Assembly: GCA_017881265.1 (NCBI GenBank) | Contig: JADGRA010000012.1 | Coordinates: 15,534-79,533 of the forward strand | Direction of reading: 5' to 3' | Source: Myxococcaceae bacterium | Lineage (GTDB): Bacteria; Myxococcota; Myxococcia; Myxococcales; Myxococcaceae | Length of the DNA: 64,000 nt | In this document: in pieces, positions 26,500 through 36,230 of the stretch | How positions within the stretch are numbered: the stretch's first letter is position 1 | Layout: each line of letters opens with the position of its first letter | Program-made: the position numbers and the translations under genes | The notes under the pieces: generated by a model | Databases searched by the model: none | Seen by the model: only the letters and a program-made list of their open reading frames with translations | Told to the model about the DNA's origin: nothing

Positions 26500-27882
26500 G
26501 TGAGCTTGCTGCCAGCGCTGTCGGGCCGGGCTGTTGTGGTGTTGGGCGCCGGCAAGAGCGGGCTGTCCGCCGCGCGCCTGCTCGTCCGTGCCGGGGCCCG
26601 TGTCAGCGTATACGACGAGCAGCCGCGTGAAAGCCTGGGCCCGGCGGCAGCGGCGCTGTCCGCCCACGGCGCGACGCTGGTTGCTGGCCAGCCCCTCGCC
26701 AAGGTGGACGTCGGGACGCCGGCCCTGGTGGTGGTGAGTCCCGGGGTGCCGCTGGCGCTGCCGTCCCTGCAACAGGCCAAGGACCGGGGGGTCCCGGTGT
26801 GGGGGGAGGTGGAACTGGCCGGACGTGTCCTCGCCCCCGGGGTGCCGGTGGTGGGCATCACCGGCACCAACGGGAAAAGCACCACCACCGCGCTGGCCGG
26901 GGCGCTTTTGGGCGGCGGGGGGCTTCGGCCCTTCGTCGGCGGCAACCTCGGGACGCCGCTCTCGGACGCCGTGGAGGGGCCCGTGCCGGGGGCCTACGTC
27001 GTGGAACTGTCCAGCTACCAGCTGGAGGGGCTGCAGACGCTGCGGGTGAATGCCGCCGCCGTGCTCAACCTCACCCCGGACCATCTCGACCGCTATGCGT
27101 CGCTGCCAGCGTACGCCGAGGCGAAGGCCCGCATTTTCCAGAGGCAGGGGCCGGAGGACCTCGCTGTCCTCAATCTGGACGACCCCTGGACGCCGCGCTT
27201 TGTGCCGCACCTGCGGGCCCCGGCCACGGGCTTCACCCTGGATGAGCGCACCACGCTACCGGGCGGCTTCACCGGGGCGGCGGTGGCCTCGCCTGGGGGC
27301 TTCCGGGTGACGGGGCAGGACGCGTCCTACCGGGTGGACAACCGCGCCCTGCGCGGGGCGCACAACCTGCAGAACGCCATGGCGGCCACCCTGCTGGCGC
27401 TGCACGTGGGCGTCCGGCCGGCCGACGTGCAGCAGGGGCTGGACGACTTTCCCGGGCTTCCCCACCGGCTGGAGAGCATCCGCACCCTGGACGGGGTGGA
27501 GTGGGTGAATGACAGCAAGGCCACCAACGTGGACGCGGCGGTGGTGGCGCTGAAGGCCTTCCCCCCTGGAAGCCGGCTGTGGCTTCTGGCCGGCGGGAAG
27601 GGGAAGGGGGCGCCCTATGCCCCCCTGCGGGAGGCGGCGGGTGGAAAAGTCGCCGCCGTCCTCACCCTTGGGCAGGATGGCCCCCTCATTCAAAAGGAGT
27701 TCGCCACGCAGTACACCGTCCACGCTTGCGGCACGCTGGAATGGGCGGTGGCCCGCGCTCGGGAGCTCGCCCGCCCCGGGGACGTGGTGCTGCTGTCGCC
27801 AGCCTGTGCCTCCTTCGACCAGTTCCGCAACTTCGAGGACCGCGGGGACACCTTCCGCCGTCTGGTGCAGGCGCTGTCATGA
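26500..27882 (+). CDS. murD: UDP-N-acetylmuramoylalanine--D-glutamate ligase
   Basis: VVVLGAGKSGLSAARLL Rossmann N-terminus, GITGTNGKSTTT P-loop, and DSKATN. GTG 26500 follows the mraY stop. Confidence 0.92.
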   Translation: MSLLPALSGRAVVVLGAGKSGLSAARLLVRAGARVSVYDEQPRESLGPAAAALSAHGATLVAGQPLAKVDVGTPALVVVSPGVPLALPSLQQAKDRGVPVWGEVELAGRVLAPGVPVVGITGTNGKSTTTALAGALLGGGGLRPFVGGNLGTPLSDAVEGPVPGAYVVELSSYQLEGLQTLRVNAAAVLNLTPDHLDRYASLPAYAEAKARIFQRQGPEDLAVLNLDDPWTPRFVPHLRAPATGFTLDERTTLPGGFTGAAVASPGGFRVTGQDASYRVDNRALRGAHNLQNAMAATLLALHVGVRPADVQQGLDDFPGLPHRLESIRTLDGVEWVNDSKATNVDAAVVALKAFPPGSRLWLLAGGKGKGAPYAPLREAAGGKVAAVLTLGQDGPLIQKEFATQYTVHACGTLEWAVARARELARPGDVVLLSPACASFDQFRNFEDRGDTFRRLVQALS

Positions 27883-29078
27883 GTTGGCGCAAGCGCCCCC
27901 AGCCGTCGCATGCGCTTCCCGACGGACGGACCGAGACGGTGCGGCTGTCGGTGGACCCCATCCTCTTGTCCGCGGTGCTGGGGCTGCTCTCCTTGGGCCT
28001 GGTGATGGTGTACTCGGCCAGCGCAGTGACGGCGCTGGAGAAAACGGGCAACGGCTTCTACTTCTTGCAGCGGCAGCTGGTGGCGGCGGCGGTGGGCCTT
28101 CTGGCCATGGCCACCGCGCTCAAGCTGGGCTACCGCCGCCTGGCCCGGCTGGCCTACCCGCTCTTGGTGGTGACGGTACTGCTGTTGGTGCTGGTGCTGG
28201 TGCCGGGGGTGGGGACGCTGGTGGGCGGGGCCCGCCGGTGGATTCGCTTCCCGGGCGTCAGCATCCAGCCGGCCGAAATCGCCAAGTTCACCTGGGTGGT
28301 GTACCTGGCCTACAGCCTGGCCAAGAAGCGCGAGAAGGTGGCGTCCTTCAGCATCGGCTTTCTGCCCCACCTGCTGCTGGGAGGAATGCTGGTGGTGCTG
28401 TGCATGGCCCAGCCGGACTTCGGCAGCGCGGTGGAGTTGCTGGTGCTTCTGTTCGTGCTGCTCTTCGCCGCCGGCACCAAGCTGTCGTACCTGGTCGGCT
28501 CGGTGCTGCTGGCGCTGCCGCTCGCCTACCACGCCGTCGCCCACTCCCCGTACCGTCTCAAGCGCATCACCGCCTTCCTCGACCCGTGGGCCCACCGCCA
28601 CGACGTCGGCTACCAGGTGGCGCAGTCCCTCATCTCGGTCGGGTCGGGCGGCTTCTGGGGACTGGGCCTGGGCGAGAGCCGGCAGAAGCTGTTCTTCCTG
28701 CCCGAGGCGCACACCGACTTCATCTTCAGCATCGTCGGTGAGGAGTTGGGCCTCTTCGGCGCGGCCGCCACGGTGCTGCTGTATGCCATCATCGTCTGGC
28801 GCGGGACCCGCGCCGCCCTCCGTGCCGGGGAGACCTTCGGCACCTACCTGGGCCTCGGCCTCACCGCGCTCTTGGGGGTGCAGGCGGTGGTGAACATGAG
28901 CGTGGCCATGGGCATGCTTCCCACCAAGGGGCTGACGCTGCCCTTCGTGTCCTACGGGGGCTGCTCGCTGGTGGTGTCCATGACGGCCGCCGGCGCGCTT
29001 CTGTCCTTGAGCGCCTCCACCGCGCCGATGCGGGCCGCGGTGACCCGGCGGCGAGCGCCGACGGAAGCGCTGGCATGA
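27879..29078 (+). CDS. ftsW: Lipid II flippase / SEDS glycosyltransferase FtsW
   Basis: ATG 27879 overlaps the murD stop (ATGA). 10-TM SEDS protein (IQPAEIAKF, PEAHTDFIFS, LPTKGLTLPFVSYGG). Confidence 0.92.
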   Translation: MSWRKRPQPSHALPDGRTETVRLSVDPILLSAVLGLLSLGLVMVYSASAVTALEKTGNGFYFLQRQLVAAAVGLLAMATALKLGYRRLARLAYPLLVVTVLLLVLVLVPGVGTLVGGARRWIRFPGVSIQPAEIAKFTWVVYLAYSLAKKREKVASFSIGFLPHLLLGGMLVVLCMAQPDFGSAVELLVLLFVLLFAAGTKLSYLVGSVLLALPLAYHAVAHSPYRLKRITAFLDPWAHRHDVGYQVAQSLISVGSGGFWGLGLGESRQKLFFLPEAHTDFIFSIVGEELGLFGAAATVLLYAIIVWRGTRAALRAGETFGTYLGLGLTALLGVQAVVNMSVAMGMLPTKGLTLPFVSYGGCSLVVSMTAAGALLSLSASTAPMRAAVTRRRAPTEALA

Positions 29079-30199
29079 GGTTGCTCATCGCCGGCGGCGG
29101 CACGGGAGGCCACCTCTTCCCCGGCATCGCCCTGGCGGAGGAATTCACCACCCGCCACCCCGGCAACGCCGTCCTCTTCGTCGGGACGCGCCGCGGACTC
29201 GAAGCCCGGGTGGTGCCGGGGGCGGGCTTTCAGCTGGAAACCATCTCCGCCCGCGGGCTGAAGGGGAAGCGCCTGGGGGGCTTCCTCCTCGGGCTGCTGG
29301 CCCTGCCCCGGTCCTTCGTCGAGTCCTGGCGCATCCTCAGCCGCTTCCGCCCCGACGTGGTGGTGGGCGTCGGCGGTTACGCCAGTGGCCCGGTGGTGCT
29401 GACGGCGTGGCTGCGGCGCATCCCCACCGCGGTGCAGGAGCAGAATGCGCTGCCCGGCTTCACCAACCGGGTGCTGGCGCACTTCGTCCAGGCCGTCTTC
29501 ATTGCCTTCGAGGAGGCCCGCGCTGCGTTTCCGCCGGCAAAGACGCACCTGGTGGGAAATCCGGTGCGGCGGAAGCTTTTGGACAACTACCTGCGCAGCA
29601 AGACGGCACATGACCGCTTCGAGGTGCTGGTGCTCGGCGGCTCGCTCGGGGCGCACGGGCTCAACACCCGGGTGCTGGAGGCCCTGGCCTTTCTCACCGA
29701 CTTGCGTGACGCCATCGACTTCGTCCACCAGACGGGGACGCTGGACCTGGAGGCGGTCCGGACGGCCTACGCCTCCCTGGGCTTCCGGGCCGAGGTGGTG
29801 GCCTTCATCGAGGACATGTCAGCTGCCTACGCCCGGGCCTCGCTGGTGACGTGCCGGGCGGGGGCCACCACCGTGGCCGAGCTCGCCATCTGTAAGAAGG
29901 CCTCGGTGCTGGTGCCCTTCCCCGGCGCCACTGATGACCACCAGGCCGTCAACGCGCGCGCCCTGGTGGCCGCCGGCGCGGCGGTCATGTTCCGGGAGGC
30001 CGAGCTCACCGGCGAGGCGCTGGCGGGCACCGTCCGCGAACTCTACTTGCACCCGGAGCGGCTGCAGCGGATGGCGCGGGAGGCCGGACTTCTGGGCCGT
30101 CCGGAGGCGGCCCGGGAGCTGGCGGACGTGTGCGTGGAGCTGGTGGAGCGGGCCCGCGGTCGCACCGCGCCAGGCCCCTCGGAGGCGACCGGCCGGTGA
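29075..30199 (+). CDS. murG: UDP-N-acetylglucosamine--N-acetylmuramyl-(pentapeptide) pyrophosphoryl-undecaprenol GlcNAc transferase
   Basis: ATG overlaps the ftsW stop (ATGA). [25 protein letters not shown] and [10 protein letters not shown]...P......DDHQ.NA are MurG signatures. Confidence 0.93.
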   Translation: MRLLIAGGGTGGHLFPGIALAEEFTTRHPGNAVLFVGTRRGLEARVVPGAGFQLETISARGLKGKRLGGFLLGLLALPRSFVESWRILSRFRPDVVVGVGGYASGPVVLTAWLRRIPTAVQEQNALPGFTNRVLAHFVQAVFIAFEEARAAFPPAKTHLVGNPVRRKLLDNYLRSKTAHDRFEVLVLGGSLGAHGLNTRVLEALAFLTDLRDAIDFVHQTGTLDLEAVRTAYASLGFRAEVVAFIEDMSAAYARASLVTCRAGATTVAELAICKKASVLVPFPGATDDHQAVNARALVAAGAAVMFREAELTGEALAGTVRELYLHPERLQRMAREAGLLGRPEAARELADVCVELVERARGRTAPGPSEATGR

Positions 30200-31602
30200 C
30201 TGCCCGTCCCCGGCCCAGCCTCTTCCAGACGCGCCACGCGGCCCGGGTGCACTTCGTGGGCATCGGCGGCATCGGGATGAGTGGCATCGCCGAGGTGCTG
30301 CTCAACCTCGGCTACCGGGTGAGTGGCAGCGACCTCAAAGAATCGGACACCACCCGACGGTTGTCCAAGCTGGGCGCCAGTGTGGCCTATGGCCACCGGG
30401 GGGAGAACCTCGGGGAGGCCGACGTGGTGGTGACGTCCTCGGCCGTCCGCCGGGACAACCCGGAGATTCTCGCCGCCCAGGTGCGCAAGATTCCCGTCAT
30501 CCCGCGAGCGGAGATGCTGGCCGAGCTGATGCGGCTCAAGTACTCGGTGGCGGTGGCCGGGAGCCACGGGAAGACCACCACCACGTCCATGGTGGCCACC
30601 GTCCTCAATGCGGCCGGGCTGGACCCCACCGCGGTGGTGGGCGGCAAGGTGAACGTCCTCGGCAGCAACGCCAAGCTCGGCAAGAGCGACCTGATGGTGG
30701 TGGAGGCCGATGAGTCGGACGGAAGCTTCCTTAAGCTGCACCCCTCCATCGCCGTGGTGACCAACGTCGACCCCGAGCACCTGGACCACTTCGGGACGGT
30801 GGAGGCCCTCCGGCAGGCCTTCGTCGAATTCTGCAACCGGGTGCCCTTCTACGGGCTCAACATCCTCTGCCTGGACCACCCCAACGTGCAGGCGCTGCTT
30901 CCCGGCGTGGAGAAGCGCTTCGTCACCTACGGCACCACCCACGCCGCCGACTACCGGCTGGAGGGGGTGGTGCTCGACGGCTTCACCACCCGCTTCTCCG
31001 CCTTCCGTCGCAGCGAGCCCCTGGGCGAATTCGCGGTGCGGATGGTGGGCGCGCACAACGCGCTCAACGCCCTGGCCGTCATCGCCGTCGCCGACGAGAT
31101 GGAGGTGCCCCTGGCCGTCGTGCGCAAGGCGCTGGCCGGCTTCGAGGGCGTGCAGCGGCGCTTCACCGTCCGGGGGGAGGCGCATGGCATCACGGTGGTG
31201 GACGACTACGGGCACCACCCGGCCGAGGTGATGGCCACCCTGGCCGGGGCGCGCGCCGCCTTCGGCCGCCGGCTGGTGGTGGCCTTCCAGCCGCACCGCT
31301 ACACGCGCACGAGGGACTTGCTGCAGGACTTTGCGCGGGCCTTCAACGACGCCGACGTGGTGGTGGTCACGGGAATCTACGCCGCCAGCGAGGAACCCAT
31401 CGCCGGCGTGACGGGCGCTGCCCTGGCGGACGCGGTGCGGGCGCACGGCCACCGCGACGTGACGTACGTCGAAAAGCGCGCCGACGTCGCCGGCGCCCTG
31501 TTGCCGCGCCTGCAGCCCGGCGACTTGGTGCTCACCCTTGGCGCAGGCGACATCACCCAGGTGGGCCCGGAGCTGCTCGAGCTCCTCTCGACGCGCAGGT
31601 AG
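30196..31602 (+). CDS. murC: UDP-N-acetylmuramate--L-alanine ligase
   Basis: GTG 30196 overlaps the murG stop (GTGA). [43 protein letters not shown]. Confidence 0.93.
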   Translation: MTARPRPSLFQTRHAARVHFVGIGGIGMSGIAEVLLNLGYRVSGSDLKESDTTRRLSKLGASVAYGHRGENLGEADVVVTSSAVRRDNPEILAAQVRKIPVIPRAEMLAELMRLKYSVAVAGSHGKTTTTSMVATVLNAAGLDPTAVVGGKVNVLGSNAKLGKSDLMVVEADESDGSFLKLHPSIAVVTNVDPEHLDHFGTVEALRQAFVEFCNRVPFYGLNILCLDHPNVQALLPGVEKRFVTYGTTHAADYRLEGVVLDGFTTRFSAFRRSEPLGEFAVRMVGAHNALNALAVIAVADEMEVPLAVVRKALAGFEGVQRRFTVRGEAHGITVVDDYGHHPAEVMATLAGARAAFGRRLVVAFQPHRYTRTRDLLQDFARAFNDADVVVVTGIYAASEEPIAGVTGAALADAVRAHGHRDVTYVEKRADVAGALLPRLQPGDLVLTLGAGDITQVGPELLELLSTRR

Positions 31603-31626
31603 GCCCTGGGGCGACCACCCCGGGGC
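31603..31626 (+). terminator. GC-rich hairpin between convergent murC and the DUF1624-like gene (possible bidirectional terminator)
   Basis: Directly after the murC TAG: GCCCTGGGG-cgacca-CCCCGGGGC (9-bp stem with one G.U pair, 6-nt loop) followed by TT. No long U-tract, so a weak call. Confidence 0.35.
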
Positions 31627-31652
31627 TTCCGGGCGGGGCCGCCTGGTTGTTG

Positions 31653-32786
31653 TCAAATGTACTGGGGCCAGCCTCGCGGGTGGGCGCGCTTGTAGCCGCG
31701 GTACCACCGGCACAAAGGAAGCATCACCAGCACCACCGCCAGTGCTGCCAGGTAGGTGGCCTGAAGGCCCGCTGTCCGGTGCAGGCCAAGGGCGTAGGAC
31801 AGAAGGGCCAACAGGTGGGCGTGCAACAGGTAGTAGAAGAGGGCCGTCTGTCCCAGCAGCACCAGCGGCCAGGCCTCCCGGTGGGCCCAGAAGGCGAGCG
31901 CCAGAAGCAGGGCCGCCAGCCCCATTTCCAACCCCCAGAAGGCGAGGCTGGGCGGGTACTTGCTGACGTGCAGCCACTGCACCAGCGAGCTGCCGTGCCG
32001 GTACAGGGCCATGTTTCCGACGCCGTTCAGGCCGCGCACGAGGAGGTACAGCCCAAGCAGCCCCACGCCCCAGGCCACCAGCAGCCGCGCCGTGCGCTGG
32101 GCCCGGCCCTCGGCGGGCTGGGCCACAAGCCATGTCCCGAAGCAGAAGCCGAGCACCAGGGTGCACAGCCAGGGGAAAAGCGGGTAACCCACCAGCACGG
32201 AGGGGCCGACGTTGCCGCCGAGGAGGAGAAGCTTCCCGGCAGTGGCGAGGAGTCCTTGCTGGGAGAGAGCCCAACCCGCCAGCGGTTCCGAGAGGACCCA
32301 ACCCAGAAGGCCGAAGACGAGAAGCCAGCGGGCCGGAAGCCGGCGCAGGGCGGCCATGCACACCATGCCCATGCCGATGGCATAGAGCACCTGCAGGACG
32401 AGCATCGGACGCGGGCCGTGGGTCCCAAAGACGAGGGACATCCAGCCCTCCAGCGCGGTGATGAGGAGGCCGCGCAGCACCAGGTGGCGGTCGATGTCAG
32501 ACGGGCGGTCCCCCTCGCGCCTGCGCCGGGCGATGCTGAGCGCGACGGAGGCGCCGGCGAGGAAGACGAAGGTGGGGGCACACACATGCGTGACCCAGCG
32601 GGTGAAGAAGTCGGCCACCGGAAGCACCGGCCGGTCCAATCTCACCGAATCCGTGAAGAGGCGCCCCGCGTTGAAGGCGTCGCTCGCGTGGTCCAGCGTC
32701 ATGAGCACCATCACCAGCCCGCGCAGCCAGTCGATGGGCAAAAGCCGACTTCCTCGCGCGCGCGCGCTGTCCTGCGTCACCGACAC
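31653..32786 (-). CDS. DUF1624 / heparan-alpha-glucosaminide N-acetyltransferase-like integral membrane protein
   Basis: 377 aa, about 10 TMs. N-terminal RLLPIDWLRGLVMVLMTLDHASDAF matches the R..(I/L)D..RG.(A/V)...M...H signature of DUF1624-type acyltransferases. Opposite strand to the dcw genes. Confidence 0.8.
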   Translation of the reverse strand: MSVTQDSARARGSRLLPIDWLRGLVMVLMTLDHASDAFNAGRLFTDSVRLDRPVLPVADFFTRWVTHVCAPTFVFLAGASVALSIARRRREGDRPSDIDRHLVLRGLLITALEGWMSLVFGTHGPRPMLVLQVLYAIGMGMVCMAALRRLPARWLLVFGLLGWVLSEPLAGWALSQQGLLATAGKLLLLGGNVGPSVLVGYPLFPWLCTLVLGFCFGTWLVAQPAEGRAQRTARLLVAWGVGLLGLYLLVRGLNGVGNMALYRHGSSLVQWLHVSKYPPSLAFWGLEMGLAALLLALAFWAHREAWPLVLLGQTALFYYLLHAHLLALLSYALGLHRTAGLQATYLAALAVVLVMLPLCRWYRGYKRAHPRGWPQYI

Positions 32787-32946
32787 CTCCTCCGGCCAAG
32801 GGGGGCCAAGCGGCGGACTCTCTCACAGCACTCGGCGGGGCGGCCAAGCGGCGCCATGGCCTGCCCCCCCCAGCAGAGGGGGTAGTAGAACACCCGCCAT
32901 TGCGTGCCGGGTTGGGGCCGAGGGACGCTTCGACGCTGTCCCGGCC

Positions 32947-33507
32947 GTGACTCGCCCGTTTCCCCTCCTGTTGGGCTGCTGCCTCCTGGTCGCGTGCGCC
33001 GGCCCCCCCTTCCAGCCCGCCAACAGCTGCGCTGCTGCCGGAATGTCGCTGAACGCCTCCCGGATTGTCCGCTGCACCGGCGTCGACGCGATGGTGCAGC
33101 GCAGCCAGCTGGCGCTGTTGGGGCACGGCCTCTTCAGCCAAGCCCAGTTCGACGGCACCGTCTCGCGCCTCACGGTGTGGCTGTGGCCGGACGACGTCAG
33201 CATCCCCGAGTCCGTCTGCGACGACGCCACCGGGTGTCTGCTGTTTGGCGAGGCCACCGTGTACCTCGCCGACCACGGCGCCTCCTTCACCCATGAGTTG
33301 ATGCACCGGCTGGACGAGGAGCGCGGCGTCAGCGACGACGCCAACCAGCGGCACCTCGGGTGGGGGCAGCGGGGCGCGCCGCCGGACGCGGGCACCCACT
33401 CCTGTCAGCCGTGGGCCGCGCCGCCGTGCCTGGATGGTTCCTGGGAGGACGTGGCCTTCGGGGCCCACGTCGAGCAGGCCTTCGAGGGCGTCACCGAGGG
33501 ACTCTAG
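32947..33507 (+). CDS. Cys-rich putative lipoprotein with HExxH zinc-metallopeptidase motif
   Basis: Track ORF 32458..33507 trimmed to GTG 32947. VTRPFPLLLGCCLLVACAG gives a signal peptide plus lipobox (LVAC). Contains SFTHELMHRLDEE. About 10 Cys. No family recognised and the start is uncertain. Confidence 0.6.
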   Translation: MTRPFPLLLGCCLLVACAGPPFQPANSCAAAGMSLNASRIVRCTGVDAMVQRSQLALLGHGLFSQAQFDGTVSRLTVWLWPDDVSIPESVCDDATGCLLFGEATVYLADHGASFTHELMHRLDEERGVSDDANQRHLGWGQRGAPPDAGTHSCQPWAAPPCLDGSWEDVAFGAHVEQAFEGVTEGL

Positions 33508-33510
33508 CCC

Positions 33511-33879
33511 TCAGCCTTCGCGGGTCAGCACCACCAGGGCCACCGCCACCGCCGCCGGCAGGGCCTGGGCCCAGAGGATGGCCCGTGACACCGTGGCGGC
33601 GCCGAAGACGCCGGCCACCACCACGCAAAAGAGGAAGAAGAGCTGCAGCGGGAAGGCCAAGGCCGGCGGGGCCAGAAGGCTCCACAGCAGCCCGGCTGCG
33701 AGGAAGCCGTTGTAGAGGCCCTGGTTGGCCATCGCCGGCGCCGCCGCGCGCGCGTACGCCTCGGTGACGTGAAACGTCTTCAGGCCAATGGGCTTGGTGA
33801 AGAGAAACATCTCCAGCACGAGAAACCACAGGTGCTCGGCGGCGACGAGGAGCACCAGCGCTTGGGCGAGCAGCTTCAC
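33511..33879 (-). CDS. DUF1304-family small membrane protein
   Basis: 122 aa from GTG 33879. KLLAQALVLLVAAEHLWFLVLEMFLFTKP.G.K.F......A......ANQGLYNGFLAAGLLW matches DUF1304 from memory. 4 TMs. Confidence 0.75.
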   Translation of the reverse strand: MKLLAQALVLLVAAEHLWFLVLEMFLFTKPIGLKTFHVTEAYARAAAPAMANQGLYNGFLAAGLLWSLLAPPALAFPLQLFFLFCVVVAGVFGAATVSRAILWAQALPAAVAVALVVLTREG

Positions 33880-34113
33880 GGCAGAGGCCCTCCGGCCCGC
33901 GGGGGGGAGATGGCCCGGGCCTTCGCGCATCCAACCACGTCCGTGGCCGTTGGGGGGTGGTGTGTCCTTGGCCGCGCGCCGCTGCGGGCCGCCGACCGCG
34001 CCTTTGGGGTTGGCCGCAGCACGGGCCCGGGCCGGCCAGCCCCCGGCGCGCCGGGGTTTGTTTTGGCAGGGGACTTGCTCCATCCGCGGAGTTCGCTCAC
34101 AAAGGGAGTCAAC

Positions 34114-35046
34114 GTGACGGGTCCCGCCCTTGCTTCCCGGAGTCTCTCGCGGCTGGCCGACGGCCTCGCCGTGGAGGCGAGCGCGCAGGAGCCGCTTGCC
34201 CCCAAGACCAGTCTGCGCGTCGGCGGTGCGGCGGAGCTCTTCGTCCGCCCCCGCACTCCCGACGCGGTGGTGGCCCTGTTGCGGCGGGCCAGGGAGGCGG
34301 GGCAACCGCTGCACGTGCTGGGGGGCGGGGCCAATACCCTGGCGGGGGACGGGGGCATTCCCGGACTCACCTTGAAGCTACCGGCGGACCTCTTCGCCGA
34401 AGAGCACCAGGCCCTGGAAGACGGAGGGCTGGTCACCTTGGGCGCCGGCGCGGCCATCGTCCGGCTGGTGAACCAGATGCGCGTCCGCGGCCTGGTGGGC
34501 GCGGAGTTTCTCGCCGGCATCCCCGGCACGCTGGGCGGGGCGCTGGCGATGAATGCCGGGACGAAGCAGGGCGAGTGCGTGCAGGTGCTGGACGCGGTGG
34601 AGCTGGCCACCCCGGACGGCGTGGGCTGGGTGGCACGTTCCGAGTTGGCCATCAGCTACCGGCACACCGCGCTCCCGCCCCACGCCGTGGCGCTGCGCGT
34701 CCGCTTCCGGCTTCGTCAGGGAGACGTCGAGGCCTCGCGCGCGGCGATGGACGCGGACCTGGCCTACCGCAAGCGCACCCAGCCCTTGAATCAGCCCAAC
34801 TGCGGCAGCGTCTTCCAAAACCCGCCCGGGGACTTCGCCGGACGCCTCATCGAGAGCGTCGGGTTGAAGGGCCACACGCTGGGGGGCGCGCGCATCAGCG
34901 AGCTGCACGCCAACTGGATTGTCAACCTGGGCGATGCAGCCGCCCGCGACGTCGCCGGACTCATCGCCCTGGCCCAGGCCCGTGTCCATGAGGCCAGCGG
35001 CATCAGACTCGTCCCGGAAGTCCAACGGGTGGGGGTATTCACGTGA
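34114..35046 (+). CDS. murB: UDP-N-acetylenolpyruvoylglucosamine reductase
   Basis: Track ORF trimmed to GTG 34114 (AAGGGAG upstream). PLAPKTSLRVGGAAELFV, LGGGANTL, IPGTLGGALAMNAGT and GSVFQNP are MurB (FAD-binding PCMH) signatures. Confidence 0.9.
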   Translation: MTGPALASRSLSRLADGLAVEASAQEPLAPKTSLRVGGAAELFVRPRTPDAVVALLRRAREAGQPLHVLGGGANTLAGDGGIPGLTLKLPADLFAEEHQALEDGGLVTLGAGAAIVRLVNQMRVRGLVGAEFLAGIPGTLGGALAMNAGTKQGECVQVLDAVELATPDGVGWVARSELAISYRHTALPPHAVALRVRFRLRQGDVEASRAAMDADLAYRKRTQPLNQPNCGSVFQNPPGDFAGRLIESVGLKGHTLGGARISELHANWIVNLGDAAARDVAGLIALAQARVHEASGIRLVPEVQRVGVFT

Positions 35047-35987
35047 AGCGCTTCACCAGGGAAGAGCTGGCCCACAAGCGGGTGGGCGTCCTCAGCGGCG
35101 GACTGAGTGTCGAGCGGGAGGTGAGCCAAAGGAGCGGCGCGGCCATCTCCCAGGCGTTGAAGTCCCTCGGCTACCGTGTCGTCGACGTTGACGTGCAGCG
35201 GGACGTGGCCCAGCGGCTTCTCGACGGAAGCATCGACGTCGCCTTCATCGCCCTGCACGGCCGGTACGGCGAAGACGGCTGCATCCAGGGACTGCTCGAG
35301 TCCATGCACATCCCCTACACCGGGTCCGGCGTGCTCGCGTCGGCGGTGGGCATGGAGAAGGTGTTCAGCAAGCAGGTCTTCCTCGCGCGGGGCATCCCCA
35401 CGCCGGACTTCCGCTCGTTCGACACCGCCGAGGCGGCGCTGGCCGGGCTCGACGCGTTGCCCTTTCCCCTGCCGGTGGTGGTGAAGCCCTCCCGGGAGGG
35501 AAGCAGCGTGGGCGTCTTCATCTGCCAGACGCGCGATGGCTACGCCGAGGCAACGCGAAAGGCGGCTGGCTATGCCGGCGCGCTCTTGGTGGAAGCATTC
35601 ATCGCCGGGCGCGAGGTGCAGGGGGCGGTGCTGGACGACGTCTCACTGGGCGCCATCGAGATTGTTCCGGCGCGCGAATTCTATGACTACGAGGCCAAGT
35701 ACTCGGCCGACAGTGGCACCAAGTACCTCTTCCCCGCGCCCCTGCCGCCCGAGCAGTACGCGCGGGTGAATGCCGTGTGCCTGGCCGCCCACCGGGCCCT
35801 CGGCTGCGCCGGGGCCACACGCAGTGACTGCATCGTCACCGCCGACGGCGAGGTGCAGCTGCTCGAGTTGAATACGCTGCCGGGCATGACCGCTACCAGC
35901 CTGCTGCCGAAAATCGCAGCCGGCCGCGGCATCGACTTTCCGGGCCTGTGCGAGCGTCTGCTGCTGGGGGCCTCCCTCAAGGCCTGA
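35043..35987 (+). CDS. ddl: D-alanine--D-alanine ligase
   Basis: GTG 35043 overlaps the murB stop (GTGA). VGVLSGGLSVEREVS, HGRYGEDG.IQGLLE, VVKPSREGSSVGV, ELNTLPGMT. Confidence 0.93.
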   Translation: MKRFTREELAHKRVGVLSGGLSVEREVSQRSGAAISQALKSLGYRVVDVDVQRDVAQRLLDGSIDVAFIALHGRYGEDGCIQGLLESMHIPYTGSGVLASAVGMEKVFSKQVFLARGIPTPDFRSFDTAEAALAGLDALPFPLPVVVKPSREGSSVGVFICQTRDGYAEATRKAAGYAGALLVEAFIAGREVQGAVLDDVSLGAIEIVPAREFYDYEAKYSADSGTKYLFPAPLPPEQYARVNAVCLAAHRALGCAGATRSDCIVTADGEVQLLELNTLPGMTATSLLPKIAAGRGIDFPGLCERLLLGASLKA

Positions 35988-36230
35988 GCGCTGCGTCGCG
36001 GGTCCCGCGCCAAGGCGCCCCCACCCTCGGGGCGCTGGCGGCCGTCTTCCGCAAGCGGAAGGGACGTCCTGCGCGCGTGCCATTTTCCGCCCCTGGCGAG
36101 AATTGCCGTCACCGTCCAACGCACGGGCGCGCCTCTGGCAGCGGGCGGCCTACAGGCGCGCGGCGCAACGTAGCTGTGGCGAAAAACTGGCGTCGGTCCA
36201 ATTCCAGCCTGAGCATAGGTGGATCAGACA

